DNA from: a virus
Length of the DNA stretch: 61,384 nt
IMG/VR virus record: IMGVR_UViG_3300050505_000464
Direction: 5' to 3' (one strand)
Shown here: piece after piece, positions 49,942 through 58,435 of the stretch
How positions within the stretch are numbered: position 1 is the stretch's first letter
Layout of the letters: every line of letters starts with the position of its first letter
Made by a program: the position numbers and the translations under genes
Notes under the pieces: model-generated
Databases searched by the model: none
Told to the model about the DNA's origin: nothing
The model's input: the letters and a program-made list of their open reading frames with translations, nothing else

Positions 49942-51288
49942 TCACCATGGGCGCTTGGTGAGCGCGGGATACGGCGTGAGCCCGCGCAGCCGAGCCACCT
50001 CGTCGAGCTCAGTCTTCAGCTGATCGGCGGGACGGTTGGCGGCCCAGGAGGCGTCGTAGTTGTAGACCGACAAGATCTGCGGGATGCAGGTATAGCGATC
50101 CCCCGCCATCTCGAGCAGCGGCCACATGATCGTGCGGTCGATGGCGAGATCGACCCACGATCCGTCGGGGCGTTTGATGTCATCGACGTTGAGCTTCTTC
50201 ACGAGCCCAGCTCGAAACGTCTTCAGGTGCGTTGCGCGCCACACCGGATCGAGTCGCGCGTGCGCGCCTGGATTGTATGGGCTCGCAAACCCCACCCCAC
50301 CGTCCTGGAACATAAACTGCCCGTACGTGAGCCACGGCTCGCTCGAAGCGCAGTAGGCGCGCGCCACGATCTCGAGCGCCTGATCGTGCGCCAGCCAGTC
50401 GTCGCCATCGAGCCAGATGATGACCTCGTCGTCGGGGAGATCTTTCCAGATCGACCAGCAGTTTTCGAGTGCGGACTGTCTCGTGTCGTTGCGGACGATC
50501 TCGAGCTTCTCGCGGTACACATCCCAACACCCGCTGCGTACCTGCTTGGCTTCGTCGGCGGTCCCGTCATCGCTCGCGGCGTCGATGATGTAGTGCGTAT
50601 AGTTGTCGAAGGTCTGAGTGACGACGCTTTCGATGTGCTTTCTGACCCACTTTTTGCCGTTTAGGATCGTGCTCACGATCGTCATGTGCAGCGGCTTTCG
50701 AGCCTTGGTGAGCACGCAGAAGTTCTCCTTGCCGAGCACGTGCTGAGCGTTGGTTTTGCTCATCAAGTAGCGGAGCTTGGCGGTGCGGTCGTCGTCGATG
50801 TCCCAGCCCAAGATCCGAAACCGCGTGAGCCAGTACTCGGGGTGCTGGAGGTTGATGTGGCCTTCCCACTCTTGCCCGGGCGCCGCCGCGGACCAGATAA
50901 TGAACTTCTGCGCGCGGTCGGCGACATTGCGCACGACGGTCATGGCGTGCTCGGCGGGGATATGCTCACCCGTCTCGGTGCAGATCACGCAATCCCACGC
51001 GCCTTCTGTTTGCCCGTCGTGGAGCTGAGTGAGATCGAGCGGGGTCACCGTGACCCCGGGCTCGATCATCTCGATCGCGTAGGGCGAGTATTCGGCGCCC
51101 GCCGCATTCCAGCCGAGCTCCTGCAGGCGCGCGGTCTGGAGACCGATCCCGCAGCCAATATCGAGGCAGCTCTCCTGCTTCCCGACGACGGCGTCGAAGC
51201 AGTCGGCCAGGCGCCGGTAGGGCTCGCGGCACTGCCGCATTTGCTCGAAAAAGGCCGCGTCATGAGGATCTTGGGGAGGGTTTGCCAT
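49942..51288 (-). CDS. SAM methyltransferase fused to GT2 glycosyltransferase
   Basis: LDIGCGIG, ETGEHI, GHIN; then IIDAASDDGT, WLDGDDWL. Confidence 0.88.
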   Translation of the reverse strand: MANPPQDPHDAAFFEQMRQCREPYRRLADCFDAVVGKQESCLDIGCGIGLQTARLQELGWNAAGAEYSPYAIEMIEPGVTVTPLDLTQLHDGQTEGAWDCVICTETGEHIPAEHAMTVVRNVADRAQKFIIWSAAAPGQEWEGHINLQHPEYWLTRFRILGWDIDDDRTAKLRYLMSKTNAQHVLGKENFCVLTKARKPLHMTIVSTILNGKKWVRKHIESVVTQTFDNYTHYIIDAASDDGTADEAKQVRSGCWDVYREKLEIVRNDTRQSALENCWSIWKDLPDDEVIIWLDGDDWLAHDQALEIVARAYCASSEPWLTYGQFMFQDGGVGFASPYNPGAHARLDPVWRATHLKTFRAGLVKKLNVDDIKRPDGSWVDLAIDRTIMWPLLEMAGDRYTCIPQILSVYNYDASWAANRPADQLKTELDEVARLRGLTPYPALTKRPW

Positions 51289-51359
51289 TACCGTGCTAGT
51301 ACCATGATGTCATGAAGGAAGGGAAACGGAAACGCCGCCGTAAGAGTCTCAGAAGCCAA

Positions 51360-51941
51360 ATGAAGCTCCTCTGTTTTTTCCTGGGTCTGGCGCTACTCTC
51401 CCTGTCGGCGTGCGGCGGCGAGCCGTTTAAGCCGGAGCAGCTGATCGGATCGGGACCGACAGCAGGCGAAGCCGGGCAAGCGGTTGCGGTGGGGACCGCT
51501 GGCGCTCCGGACGGCGCTGCCGGCGCTCCGGATACGACTGGAGCCGCAGGAGCAGGCGGAGACTCCGAGCCCGGCGCAGGCGCCGCGGGCGCGCCTCCGT
51601 CGAGCGCCGGCGGGGCGAGCTCGGCAGGCGGCGCGGGCGCTGGCGCGGGAGGCACCATCGCGGTGCCGCCTCCGATCGATCCCCCCTGCGCCCCCGCCAC
51701 GAACGTCTCGAGCAAAGTCAAAATGGATCTCGGCACGATCGGCTGGTGTCTGAAGACCACCGACGATCTCAACCACATCGCCTGCACGAACTGGGACACG
51801 CGCGAGATTCGCGTCAACGATCACGTCGTGCGCTGCGGGGCTAAATTCGTCGCGGGGCCGCGAGCGAGCGACGGCTACAACTACATCCAGATCGCGCCGG
51901 GTACGAGCGACATGGCGAGCATCGACTGGTCGGTCATATGA
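51360..51941 (+). CDS. Lipoprotein with Gly/Ala-rich linker
   Basis: MKLLCFFLGLALLSLSA|C lipobox; AGAGG repeats; Cys-containing C-domain. Confidence 0.8.
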   Translation: MKLLCFFLGLALLSLSACGGEPFKPEQLIGSGPTAGEAGQAVAVGTAGAPDGAAGAPDTTGAAGAGGDSEPGAGAAGAPPSSAGGASSAGGAGAGAGGTIAVPPPIDPPCAPATNVSSKVKMDLGTIGWCLKTTDDLNHIACTNWDTREIRVNDHVVRCGAKFVAGPRASDGYNYIQIAPGTSDMASIDWSVI

Positions 51942-52260
51942 GCGAGATCCCGGCAGTCCGTTTCGTGGATTTCGAGCAGGCGTATACGCCCTACGCGCCG
52001 CCGCCTCCGAAGCTCGGCCCCACTCAATCTCCAATCGAGCGCTGGAATGTCCTGGAGTTCGAGCCCGGGAGAAGGATGGCTGGCTTTTTCGAGTGGCACC
52101 AGTACATCGGCCAGTACAAGTGCATGGATGGCACGACGGGGATGTGCGGTACGCAAGGTGGTCCGGGTAATTGGAGCTGGGTGTTTGGGTATTGGAGCGT
52201 TGGAGAGCGCGCAGCCGCCGCCATTGAGGGTGCGCTTGCCCGAAAGGAAGGGCGCTCTCT

Positions 52261-52575
52261 GTGACCAAACCTCGCCGCCCCGAGCGACTCCGCGCCGCGC
52301 TCTCCGCCAACGGGCACCTCGTGCACCTCGCCCATGCGGATGGGCTGCCCGTGTGCGGCACGAAGATCTCGGCGTGCTATCGGGTCCACGCTCGCGTCAC
52401 GTGCCCCGGGTGCCGTCGACGACGGCCAGAGAAGACCAAGCGCCTCGAGCGCCGCCCCTACGTGATTGGCGTCGACCATTCGCCGCTGTATGCGGCAGTC
52501 CAGCGCGCGCTCGAGGCAGGGGCCCCGGGCTTGCCCCGCGTCCGGGTGCGGTTTTGGCCAGTGCTCGCGCCTTAG
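52261..52575 (+). CDS. Small His/Cys finger protein
   Basis: VH...VCG...VTCPGC, similar to 17444-17680. Confidence 0.5.
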   Translation: MTKPRRPERLRAALSANGHLVHLAHADGLPVCGTKISACYRVHARVTCPGCRRRRPEKTKRLERRPYVIGVDHSPLYAAVQRALEAGAPGLPRVRVRFWPVLAP

Positions 52576-52600
52576 TCCCCGCCGCCACCCCTCTCGGCCC

Positions 52601-52636
52601 AAAAAGTTGCGCCCCTGAGGCATTGTCGGGCAGGAT
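52601..52636 (+). promoter_or_regulatory. Late-type promoter
   Basis: AAAAAG-TTGCGC-18bp-CAGGAT; CCCCTCTCGGCCCAAAAAGTTGC identical to the site at ~42976-42998. Confidence 0.6.
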
Positions 52637-52676
52637 CGTCCTCGCTTTCGTTCCCCAAGCAAGGATTTTCCCCGTC

Positions 52677-53420
52677 ATGTCCAATACCCAACGTGCTGCC
52701 GTCGCTCTCCGAGATATCATCGTCGGGTCCCTCGGCGTGGTCGATTCTACCGGTCCGGCTGACTCCCTCGACGGCGTCAACACCGCCCAGCTCCCGAACG
52801 GCGCCCTCGCCTTCGTGATCTCGAACGGCGGCTCCTACCGCCTGAAGAAAACCGACTCGACCACGGTCCAAACCGCCGATGGCTCGGTCGTCACGCCACT
52901 CTCGGGGCCAGGCCGCTGGCTCTTCGTTTCGGGTGGCACCGCGCTCGACCCGCGACTCGGGCAAGCGCTCGGCACGGCGGCCCTCCAGGGGTCGAGTTCG
53001 TTTGCCGTGACGCAGGACACTTGGATCGGTCTCCCGTCAGGCACCAACTTCTACGTCACCGGCAACACCGGCGCGTACTGGTCGCTCAATACCACGACGG
53101 GCGTGTACACGTACTCGGGTCCGGCGCTCGCGCAGTTCATTGCGACGGCAGAGATCACGGTCGCGACGGCCACCGCGGGTCAGGTGGTGGAGTTTGCCCT
53201 GATGAGCGGCGCGGACTCCGTCATCGGAGCGACAACCTTCGTTGGTTCAGCCGGTCGCACGACGACCGATACGACCACAGCCGCCTTGGGCGCTCAGGTG
53301 TCGACGCAAAAGCCGCAGGTCATGGGCGTCGGCACGACCTTCTTCGCCGCTCTGCGAAATCGTTCGGCCTCCGCCAACCTGACGGTCACGCAGTTCAATC
53401 TGATCTTGCAACCGACCTGA
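52677..53420 (+). CDS. Spike/decoration protein: shared N-module plus C1q/BclA-CTD-like head
   Basis: DSLDGVNT...NG..AFV...YRL...PLSGPGRW; head with TTGVYTYSGP. Confidence 0.72.
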   Translation: MSNTQRAAVALRDIIVGSLGVVDSTGPADSLDGVNTAQLPNGALAFVISNGGSYRLKKTDSTTVQTADGSVVTPLSGPGRWLFVSGGTALDPRLGQALGTAALQGSSSFAVTQDTWIGLPSGTNFYVTGNTGAYWSLNTTTGVYTYSGPALAQFIATAEITVATATAGQVVEFALMSGADSVIGATTFVGSAGRTTTDTTTAALGAQVSTQKPQVMGVGTTFFAALRNRSASANLTVTQFNLILQPT

Positions 53421-53427
53421 GGCCAGT

Positions 53428-54159
53428 TTGGCGAATCGCTCATCGTCGGGGTCGTTCTGTTCGCTGGTCGTCGCCACGGCGACCGGCACCGTCAACTCGG
53501 TCACGAGTTTAGACGTGACGGCCCGCGGTGACGGCGCCGAGTGCTACTGCGTCGCAAACCAAGGGATCTATCGCTACAGCGCGAGCTCGACCCAAGCAGC
53601 GATCCCCAATACGGATGCGTTCCTGGTGCCGCTGAGCGGCGTCGGGTGTTGGATTCGACAGAATACCCAAGGGCTATTTGGCGAGCACATCGTCTCGAGC
53701 TCGGCGTTCAACGGAGCGGCGTTTCAGACGCTCACCCAAAACGTTTGGCACGTGCTGCCATTCGGGGCGAACTTCTTCTCCGCCGTAGTGCAGTCGGCGC
53801 TCTTCAATCTCAGCACGACGAGCGGCGTCATCACCTACGTGGGCCCGACGGGCATGTCATTTTTGTTCAATGCGACGTTGTCGGTGAGCGACGACAATCC
53901 GGTCGGTGGCCGCACCGATCAGGTCATCGAGCTAGCTATCACGCAGAACAGCAGCATCATCGGGACGACTTCCGCCTCGGTGAGGCAGTCGTCGGCCTCC
54001 GTGTCGGGGCTCAGCGGTCAGCTGACTCAGATCTCGCTCGACAGTATCCTGTCTCCTTCCAATGGATTCGTGATTCAGCACGCGTTGCGCTGCATCTCAG
54101 CGAACCCCGGCACCTTTACGGCCAGTCGTTATTCGGTCGTGATTACCCCCGTTCCATGA
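53428..54159 (+). CDS. Spike/decoration protein, paralog 2
   Basis: TTG start; DGAECYC...PLSGVGCW; TSGVITYVGP. Confidence 0.72.
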   Translation: MANRSSSGSFCSLVVATATGTVNSVTSLDVTARGDGAECYCVANQGIYRYSASSTQAAIPNTDAFLVPLSGVGCWIRQNTQGLFGEHIVSSSAFNGAAFQTLTQNVWHVLPFGANFFSAVVQSALFNLSTTSGVITYVGPTGMSFLFNATLSVSDDNPVGGRTDQVIELAITQNSSIIGTTSASVRQSSASVSGLSGQLTQISLDSILSPSNGFVIQHALRCISANPGTFTASRYSVVITPVP

Positions 54160-54166
54160 GGGTCTC

Positions 54167-54889
54167 TTGAACAGGTCTTCTGCAGGGTCATTTTGCTCGC
54201 TGGTGGTCGCTACGGCGACCGGTACCGTCAACTCGGTCACGTCGCTCAACGTCACCGCGCGCGGTGACGGCGCAGAGTGCTACTGCGTCGCGAACAAATC
54301 GGTCTACCGATATTCGGCATCGAGCACGCAGGCGACGATCGGCGACACCTTCCTTGTGCCGCTGAGCGGCGGCGGGTGCTGGTTCAAGCAGAACGCCGAG
54401 AGCGATTTTTCGGTCGGCGTGACGGGCACCGTCGCCCACTTTCAGAACAGCGCGCTCATCGTGCCCGCGGTCGTCGGCACGTGGACCGCGCTCCCCACCG
54501 GCACGAACTTCTACGAGGAGTTTCCCACGTCCCTGATGTGGTCGGTGAACACGACCACGGGCGTCATCACGTATGGCGGCCCGTCGGGTCTGAAGTTCAA
54601 TATGTCCGCGAACCTGTCCTTCAGTAGGGACACGTTTTCGACGCCGATCGCGTACGATGTCGACTTCACCACGAACGGCGCCTTGATCGGCACGACGAGC
54701 GATCTCGCTGATGCTACCGCGAATTTCCTCACCGGCACCGCTGGCATCTACGCGAATTTTTCGCACGTCGCCGAGCTGCAGCTGAATAACGGAGACACGG
54801 TGCAGCACATGATCCGCCGCATCACCACAGCGGTCGGCAGTTTGACCGAGACCTTCCGGCGTTACTCGGTCGTGATCAGCCAGATCTGA
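54167..54889 (+). CDS. Spike/decoration protein, paralog 3
   Basis: TTG start with GAGG RBS; N-terminus nearly identical to paralog 2; TTGVITYGGP. Confidence 0.72.
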   Translation: MNRSSAGSFCSLVVATATGTVNSVTSLNVTARGDGAECYCVANKSVYRYSASSTQATIGDTFLVPLSGGGCWFKQNAESDFSVGVTGTVAHFQNSALIVPAVVGTWTALPTGTNFYEEFPTSLMWSVNTTTGVITYGGPSGLKFNMSANLSFSRDTFSTPIAYDVDFTTNGALIGTTSDLADATANFLTGTAGIYANFSHVAELQLNNGDTVQHMIRRITTAVGSLTETFRRYSVVISQI

Positions 54890-54894
54890 CGGCC

Positions 54895-55200
54895 ATGACG
54901 CGCCCTGTCGGGATCATCGCGAGTAACCGCTCCGAGTACGGACAGGCCGCGGTCGACATCTACACGCCGCTCCACTTCGGGCTCGGCTTTGCTGCCGGCG
55001 TCTACGGCGTATCGCCCATCAAAGCGGCGCTCTTCTTCACGGTGCTGAAGATCGGCGTCGCCTCCCTCGAGCACGGCATGGGGCACGCGCTCATGCGCCG
55101 CGTGCCCGGCGAATCGAACCTCAATGAGCTATGCGATCTGCTTGCGGAGATCGGCGGCGTGCAGGCGGGTGCTCGCCTCCGAGCTCGCTGGGTGCCGTAG
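54895..55200 (+). CDS. Small membrane protein
   Basis: D...HFGLG...E...ES..N...D pattern with hydrophobic helices. Confidence 0.55.
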   Translation: MTRPVGIIASNRSEYGQAAVDIYTPLHFGLGFAAGVYGVSPIKAALFFTVLKIGVASLEHGMGHALMRRVPGESNLNELCDLLAEIGGVQAGARLRARWVP

Positions 55201-55201
55201 C

Positions 55202-55600
55202 TCACTCGTTGAAGTCGATGTCCGAGCCGATGTGGTTCTGGATGTCTTCGAGGTACGCGTAGTACATCTGCTTCGAGATGCCGGCGGAGTCACCGGTTGG
55301 CTCCTCTCCGGTCTGCTCCTCGTAAGCGTCCGCGCTGTTGGTCGCGAGCAGACCGAGTCGCGCCCAGTACGTGTAGATCACGCGCTGGGACCCATCGACG
55401 TACTGCTCAAGTTGCTCGCGGTAGTCATCCTCGTTCTTGAACTCCCCTTTTTGGGAGCGCTCGATGAAGTCGGCTGCGCACTCACGCACGTCTTGCCAGT
55501 AGTCGGAACTGATCACGTCGACCGCCGCCTTCACGTCCTCTTCGGTGATGCGTTTCGGAGCGGAGGAGCGAGTGGTCTTTGCTTTTCGTCGTGCGGCCAT
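55202..55600 (-). CDS. Acidic Ocr-like putative DNA-mimic protein
   Basis: AAGGA RBS; about 27 D/E versus 9 K/R after a basic leader; EDDYREQLEQYVDG..VIYTY resembles the T7 Ocr core. Confidence 0.45.
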   Translation of the reverse strand: MAARRKAKTTRSSAPKRITEEDVKAAVDVISSDYWQDVRECAADFIERSQKGEFKNEDDYREQLEQYVDGSQRVIYTYWARLGLLATNSADAYEEQTGEEPTGDSAGISKQMYYAYLEDIQNHIGSDIDFNE

Positions 55601-55603
55601 GGG

Positions 55604-57139
55604 TCAGCGTCCTTTGTGCTCTTCGTAGAAGGTCGTAGCGAATTCGTGAGCGACGAGCTCGCGCGTGGATTTGTTGAAGATCTGGTGCCAGTCCTTGCCG
55701 TCCGCGTATTCCTTCGCGTACTTCTTGGCGCCCGTCTCCATCAGGTGCATGTAGGCGATCTCGGCCTTCTTGATGTCGAAGTTGCCGCGGCGCAGGTGGC
55801 CGAGGAGGTTCTTTTCGATGGCCTTGCCCTGGGAGTTGGGCGCGCCGACGAGCGAGTATTCGTTTTCGATGTAGAGGGAGAGCTCGCGGGCGGCGACCTC
55901 GTCGGGCTCTTCGCGACGGCGTGAGGCATTCTGCTCGAGGTCTTCTTCCCAGCCTCTTGGAGAACCATCGTACCCGCCAAGGCGATACATCTCTTGCTTG
56001 GCTTCGCGTTCGGTCTTGAAGCCATAGGTCCAGTCCTCTACGCCGTTGAGATCTTTGCGCGTCCAAGTATAGAAAAGGCCATCTGGCTCTTTCGTAACGA
56101 AAACCAGGAGCGTGTTGTCGTTTTTTCCGTATACCCACGCGAGCCGTTGGCCTGGCTTGCCTCGGGCGCCCATTGCTGGCCCACGGCCTTTGCTGCGGGC
56201 GTTCTTCCAGTGAGCGGGCACCACGAGCTCCGACTCATCGAACCAGAGCTTGTCGCCATTGGAGAGGTGGATGAGGTATTCGATCCGACCCCGTTGGGTG
56301 TTGAGGTCTTTGATCACACCCTCACCGCGCCCGTCTTTTCTCTCGACGTGGTCACCGATGATGAATACCGGATCGCCGTGATCGACGTAGCGCGAGGGGA
56401 CCTTGGGTCGCTTGCGAGAGGCGTTCCGGGAGTAGGCGCCGCACGTCTTCTCAGCTGCCTCCATAAACACATCATTCAGCGAGCCCGATCCGCTGCTGTC
56501 CGAGAAGCTGCGGAGCTTCTGCTTCAGAAATCGCTCGACCTCGGAAGTATCCGCGTAGAAGTCCTCCCAGCTTCCGTCCCAAATCCCGACGCCTTCGCGG
56601 CGTAGGGTCATGAGCACGAGGTAGGGCGCGTTGGCGTCCCAGAGATCGTCGGCGGTGGCGCCGTTCTCGGGAGGGAAGCGCTCGACTACCTCGTTCAAGG
56701 CATCACGCAGGGCGAGATCGTAGCGCGCGCCTTCTTCGATGGCGTCTTGAGTCAGGTTGGAGTCCTTCCAGTTTTCGATCTCCATCGACTCGGCAGTCGA
56801 TGCGATGAGCTGACGAAGGAGCGGGAGATCTTCACCCAGGCCGAGGGTGGCTGGGGGGCGGGCAGCATTCCGGCGGAGCTCGCGGCGTTTTTGGTAGGGT
56901 CCCGACGTTGAATTCTTTCGCATGTCGCCTGCTTCCTCGAGCCGTCCCGGCCCAATGTATCGCCTCAGCTGAAAGTCCGTGAGCTCGCTCAGCGGCACCA
57001 TCCCGGTGCCGTCGGTCGTGTCGAGGAGCACCTTACGCCGTGAGCCCGATCGCCCGCGACGCGCTTCCGGGGTTTGCTCCCAGGCCAGGGTTTCGAGCTT
57101 GGCACGCGCGAGTGCGCGGTTCGGTTCCTGATGCGGCAT
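55604..57139 (-). CDS. Modular (polyvalent-like) protein with xxxN[AS] linker motifs
   Basis: About five apparent domains including an SH3/KOW-like one and an ARELSLYIEN...GAKKYAKEY phage domain. Confidence 0.8.
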   Translation of the reverse strand: MPHQEPNRALARAKLETLAWEQTPEARRGRSGSRRKVLLDTTDGTGMVPLSELTDFQLRRYIGPGRLEEAGDMRKNSTSGPYQKRRELRRNAARPPATLGLGEDLPLLRQLIASTAESMEIENWKDSNLTQDAIEEGARYDLALRDALNEVVERFPPENGATADDLWDANAPYLVLMTLRREGVGIWDGSWEDFYADTSEVERFLKQKLRSFSDSSGSGSLNDVFMEAAEKTCGAYSRNASRKRPKVPSRYVDHGDPVFIIGDHVERKDGRGEGVIKDLNTQRGRIEYLIHLSNGDKLWFDESELVVPAHWKNARSKGRGPAMGARGKPGQRLAWVYGKNDNTLLVFVTKEPDGLFYTWTRKDLNGVEDWTYGFKTEREAKQEMYRLGGYDGSPRGWEEDLEQNASRRREEPDEVAARELSLYIENEYSLVGAPNSQGKAIEKNLLGHLRRGNFDIKKAEIAYMHLMETGAKKYAKEYADGKDWHQIFNKSTRELVAHEFATTFYEEHKGR

Positions 57140-57246
57140 GGCTGGAGTGTCCTACGCCCGCGAGCGGGCTTTCTTCCCCTCGAAAACTATCAGTCTCGCT
57201 CGGGGGATGCTACTTTTCGAGGTGAGAGGCCGACCCCCGCTACCTG

Positions 57247-57867
57247 ATGCCCGTCACGCTCCCGAAGATCTTCCCGAAGAGCCCCGCGGGCTGGGCTCTG
57301 ACCGCGCTCAGCGTGCTCGGTGCCTCGCTCAGCGTCTGGGCCTTCTGGCCCGCGCCAGCGCGGCTCCGCATCGCTCAGTACGCCCAAGCCGAGCTCGGCC
57401 GCGCGAGCGCCGCCCCCTACTGGCAGAACGTACTCCCTGGCGTGCCGCCCGACGGCTGGCCGAAGGACTGGTGCGGAGCGTTTGCGCTGTGGGCGCTGCA
57501 CCAGGCGGGGATCCTGAAAAACCGTCCGTGGATTATTGGCACGGGCTTCCTCTACGATTTCCCGACCACAAACAATCCCCAGCCTGGGGACATCGCTTAC
57601 TTCGACCACAACCAGCACCAAGCGGTCGTGATCGGCGTGCAGGGCGATCTCGTCTCGCTGATCAACGGCAATGGTACGGGCGGCGCCGTCAGTGCGAGCA
57701 TCGTGCCGAAGTCCGCCGTAGCGGCGTTTTATTCGGTCGAGCCGTTCCTCGCATCGCGCTCAGGTGATTCGGTGCTGCCTTGGGCGGCGACCTCTGCCGT
57801 CGTCGTCGGCGCAGGCGCTTGGGCGCTCCTCCCCTCACGATCTGGATCGAAGGATGACGCCCGGTGA
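57247..57867 (+). CDS. CHAP/NlpC-P60-like peptidase with N- and C-terminal TM helices
   Basis: DWCGAF catalytic Cys, PQPGDI, HQAVV, INGN. Confidence 0.8.
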   Translation: MPVTLPKIFPKSPAGWALTALSVLGASLSVWAFWPAPARLRIAQYAQAELGRASAAPYWQNVLPGVPPDGWPKDWCGAFALWALHQAGILKNRPWIIGTGFLYDFPTTNNPQPGDIAYFDHNQHQAVVIGVQGDLVSLINGNGTGGAVSASIVPKSAVAAFYSVEPFLASRSGDSVLPWAATSAVVVGAGAWALLPSRSGSKDDAR

Positions 57868-58435
57868 GGCCTTCGAGCAATACCGAGATTTGGCTCATCG
57901 CATCGCCCTTGGCTACCTGAGGAAGCTGCCGCAATCGGTCGAAGCGATCGAGATCCAGACGGTCGCGCTCGGGGGCCTGTGGGATGCGGCGCTTCGTCAC
58001 CACCGGCTTCCGGAGGCGGAGTTCGAGGCGGTGGCCATCGTGCGGATCCGAGGGGCCATCATCGACGATCTCCGGGCGCGCGATGACTTCCCACGCCGCG
58101 CCCGAAAAAGCTTCGGCAAGCTGTGGCAGATCTTGCATGCCGATGGCTTCAGTACGACCGAGACCATTCGGCAGTACACGGTCGCGCTCAACATTGAAGA
58201 AGATCTCGATCAGCACGCGCGCCTGCGCTGGCTCGATGATGCCATTGAGACGCTGCCGCGTCAGCAGCGGGTCGCGATGCGGCATTCGGTCGATGGCAAG
58301 ATCCAGCCAGAGATCGCGAAAGAGCTCGGAGTCACCGCAGCTCGGGTGAGCCAGATCATGAAGGTGGCGAGAGAGACGCTCAGCGAGCGATGGCAGCGGA
58401 GGATGTTGAGCCCTTGGTGCAGCGGCAAGCTTTGA
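57854..58435 (+). CDS. FliA/WhiG (sigma28)-like sigma factor
   Basis: RKLPQSVE...GLWDAA...RIRGAIIDDLR...PR; region 4 EIAKELGVTAARVSQI; region 3 short. Confidence 0.85.
   Translation: MTPGEAFEQYRDLAHRIALGYLRKLPQSVEAIEIQTVALGGLWDAALRHHRLPEAEFEAVAIVRIRGAIIDDLRARDDFPRRARKSFGKLWQILHADGFSTTETIRQYTVALNIEEDLDQHARLRWLDDAIETLPRQQRVAMRHSVDGKIQPEIAKELGVTAARVSQIMKVARETLSERWQRRMLSPWCSGKL

Noticed and set aside
52047-52676. 5' extension of the 457-aa ORF in the track
   Set aside because: Overlaps two other ORFs and a promoter; homology to the shared module starts at ATG 52677.
40075-54889. Diversity-generating retroelement or invertase shufflon acting on paralogous spikes
   Set aside because: No reverse transcriptase or recombinase recognised, paralogs are co-oriented, and no adenine-specific TR/VR pair noticed.
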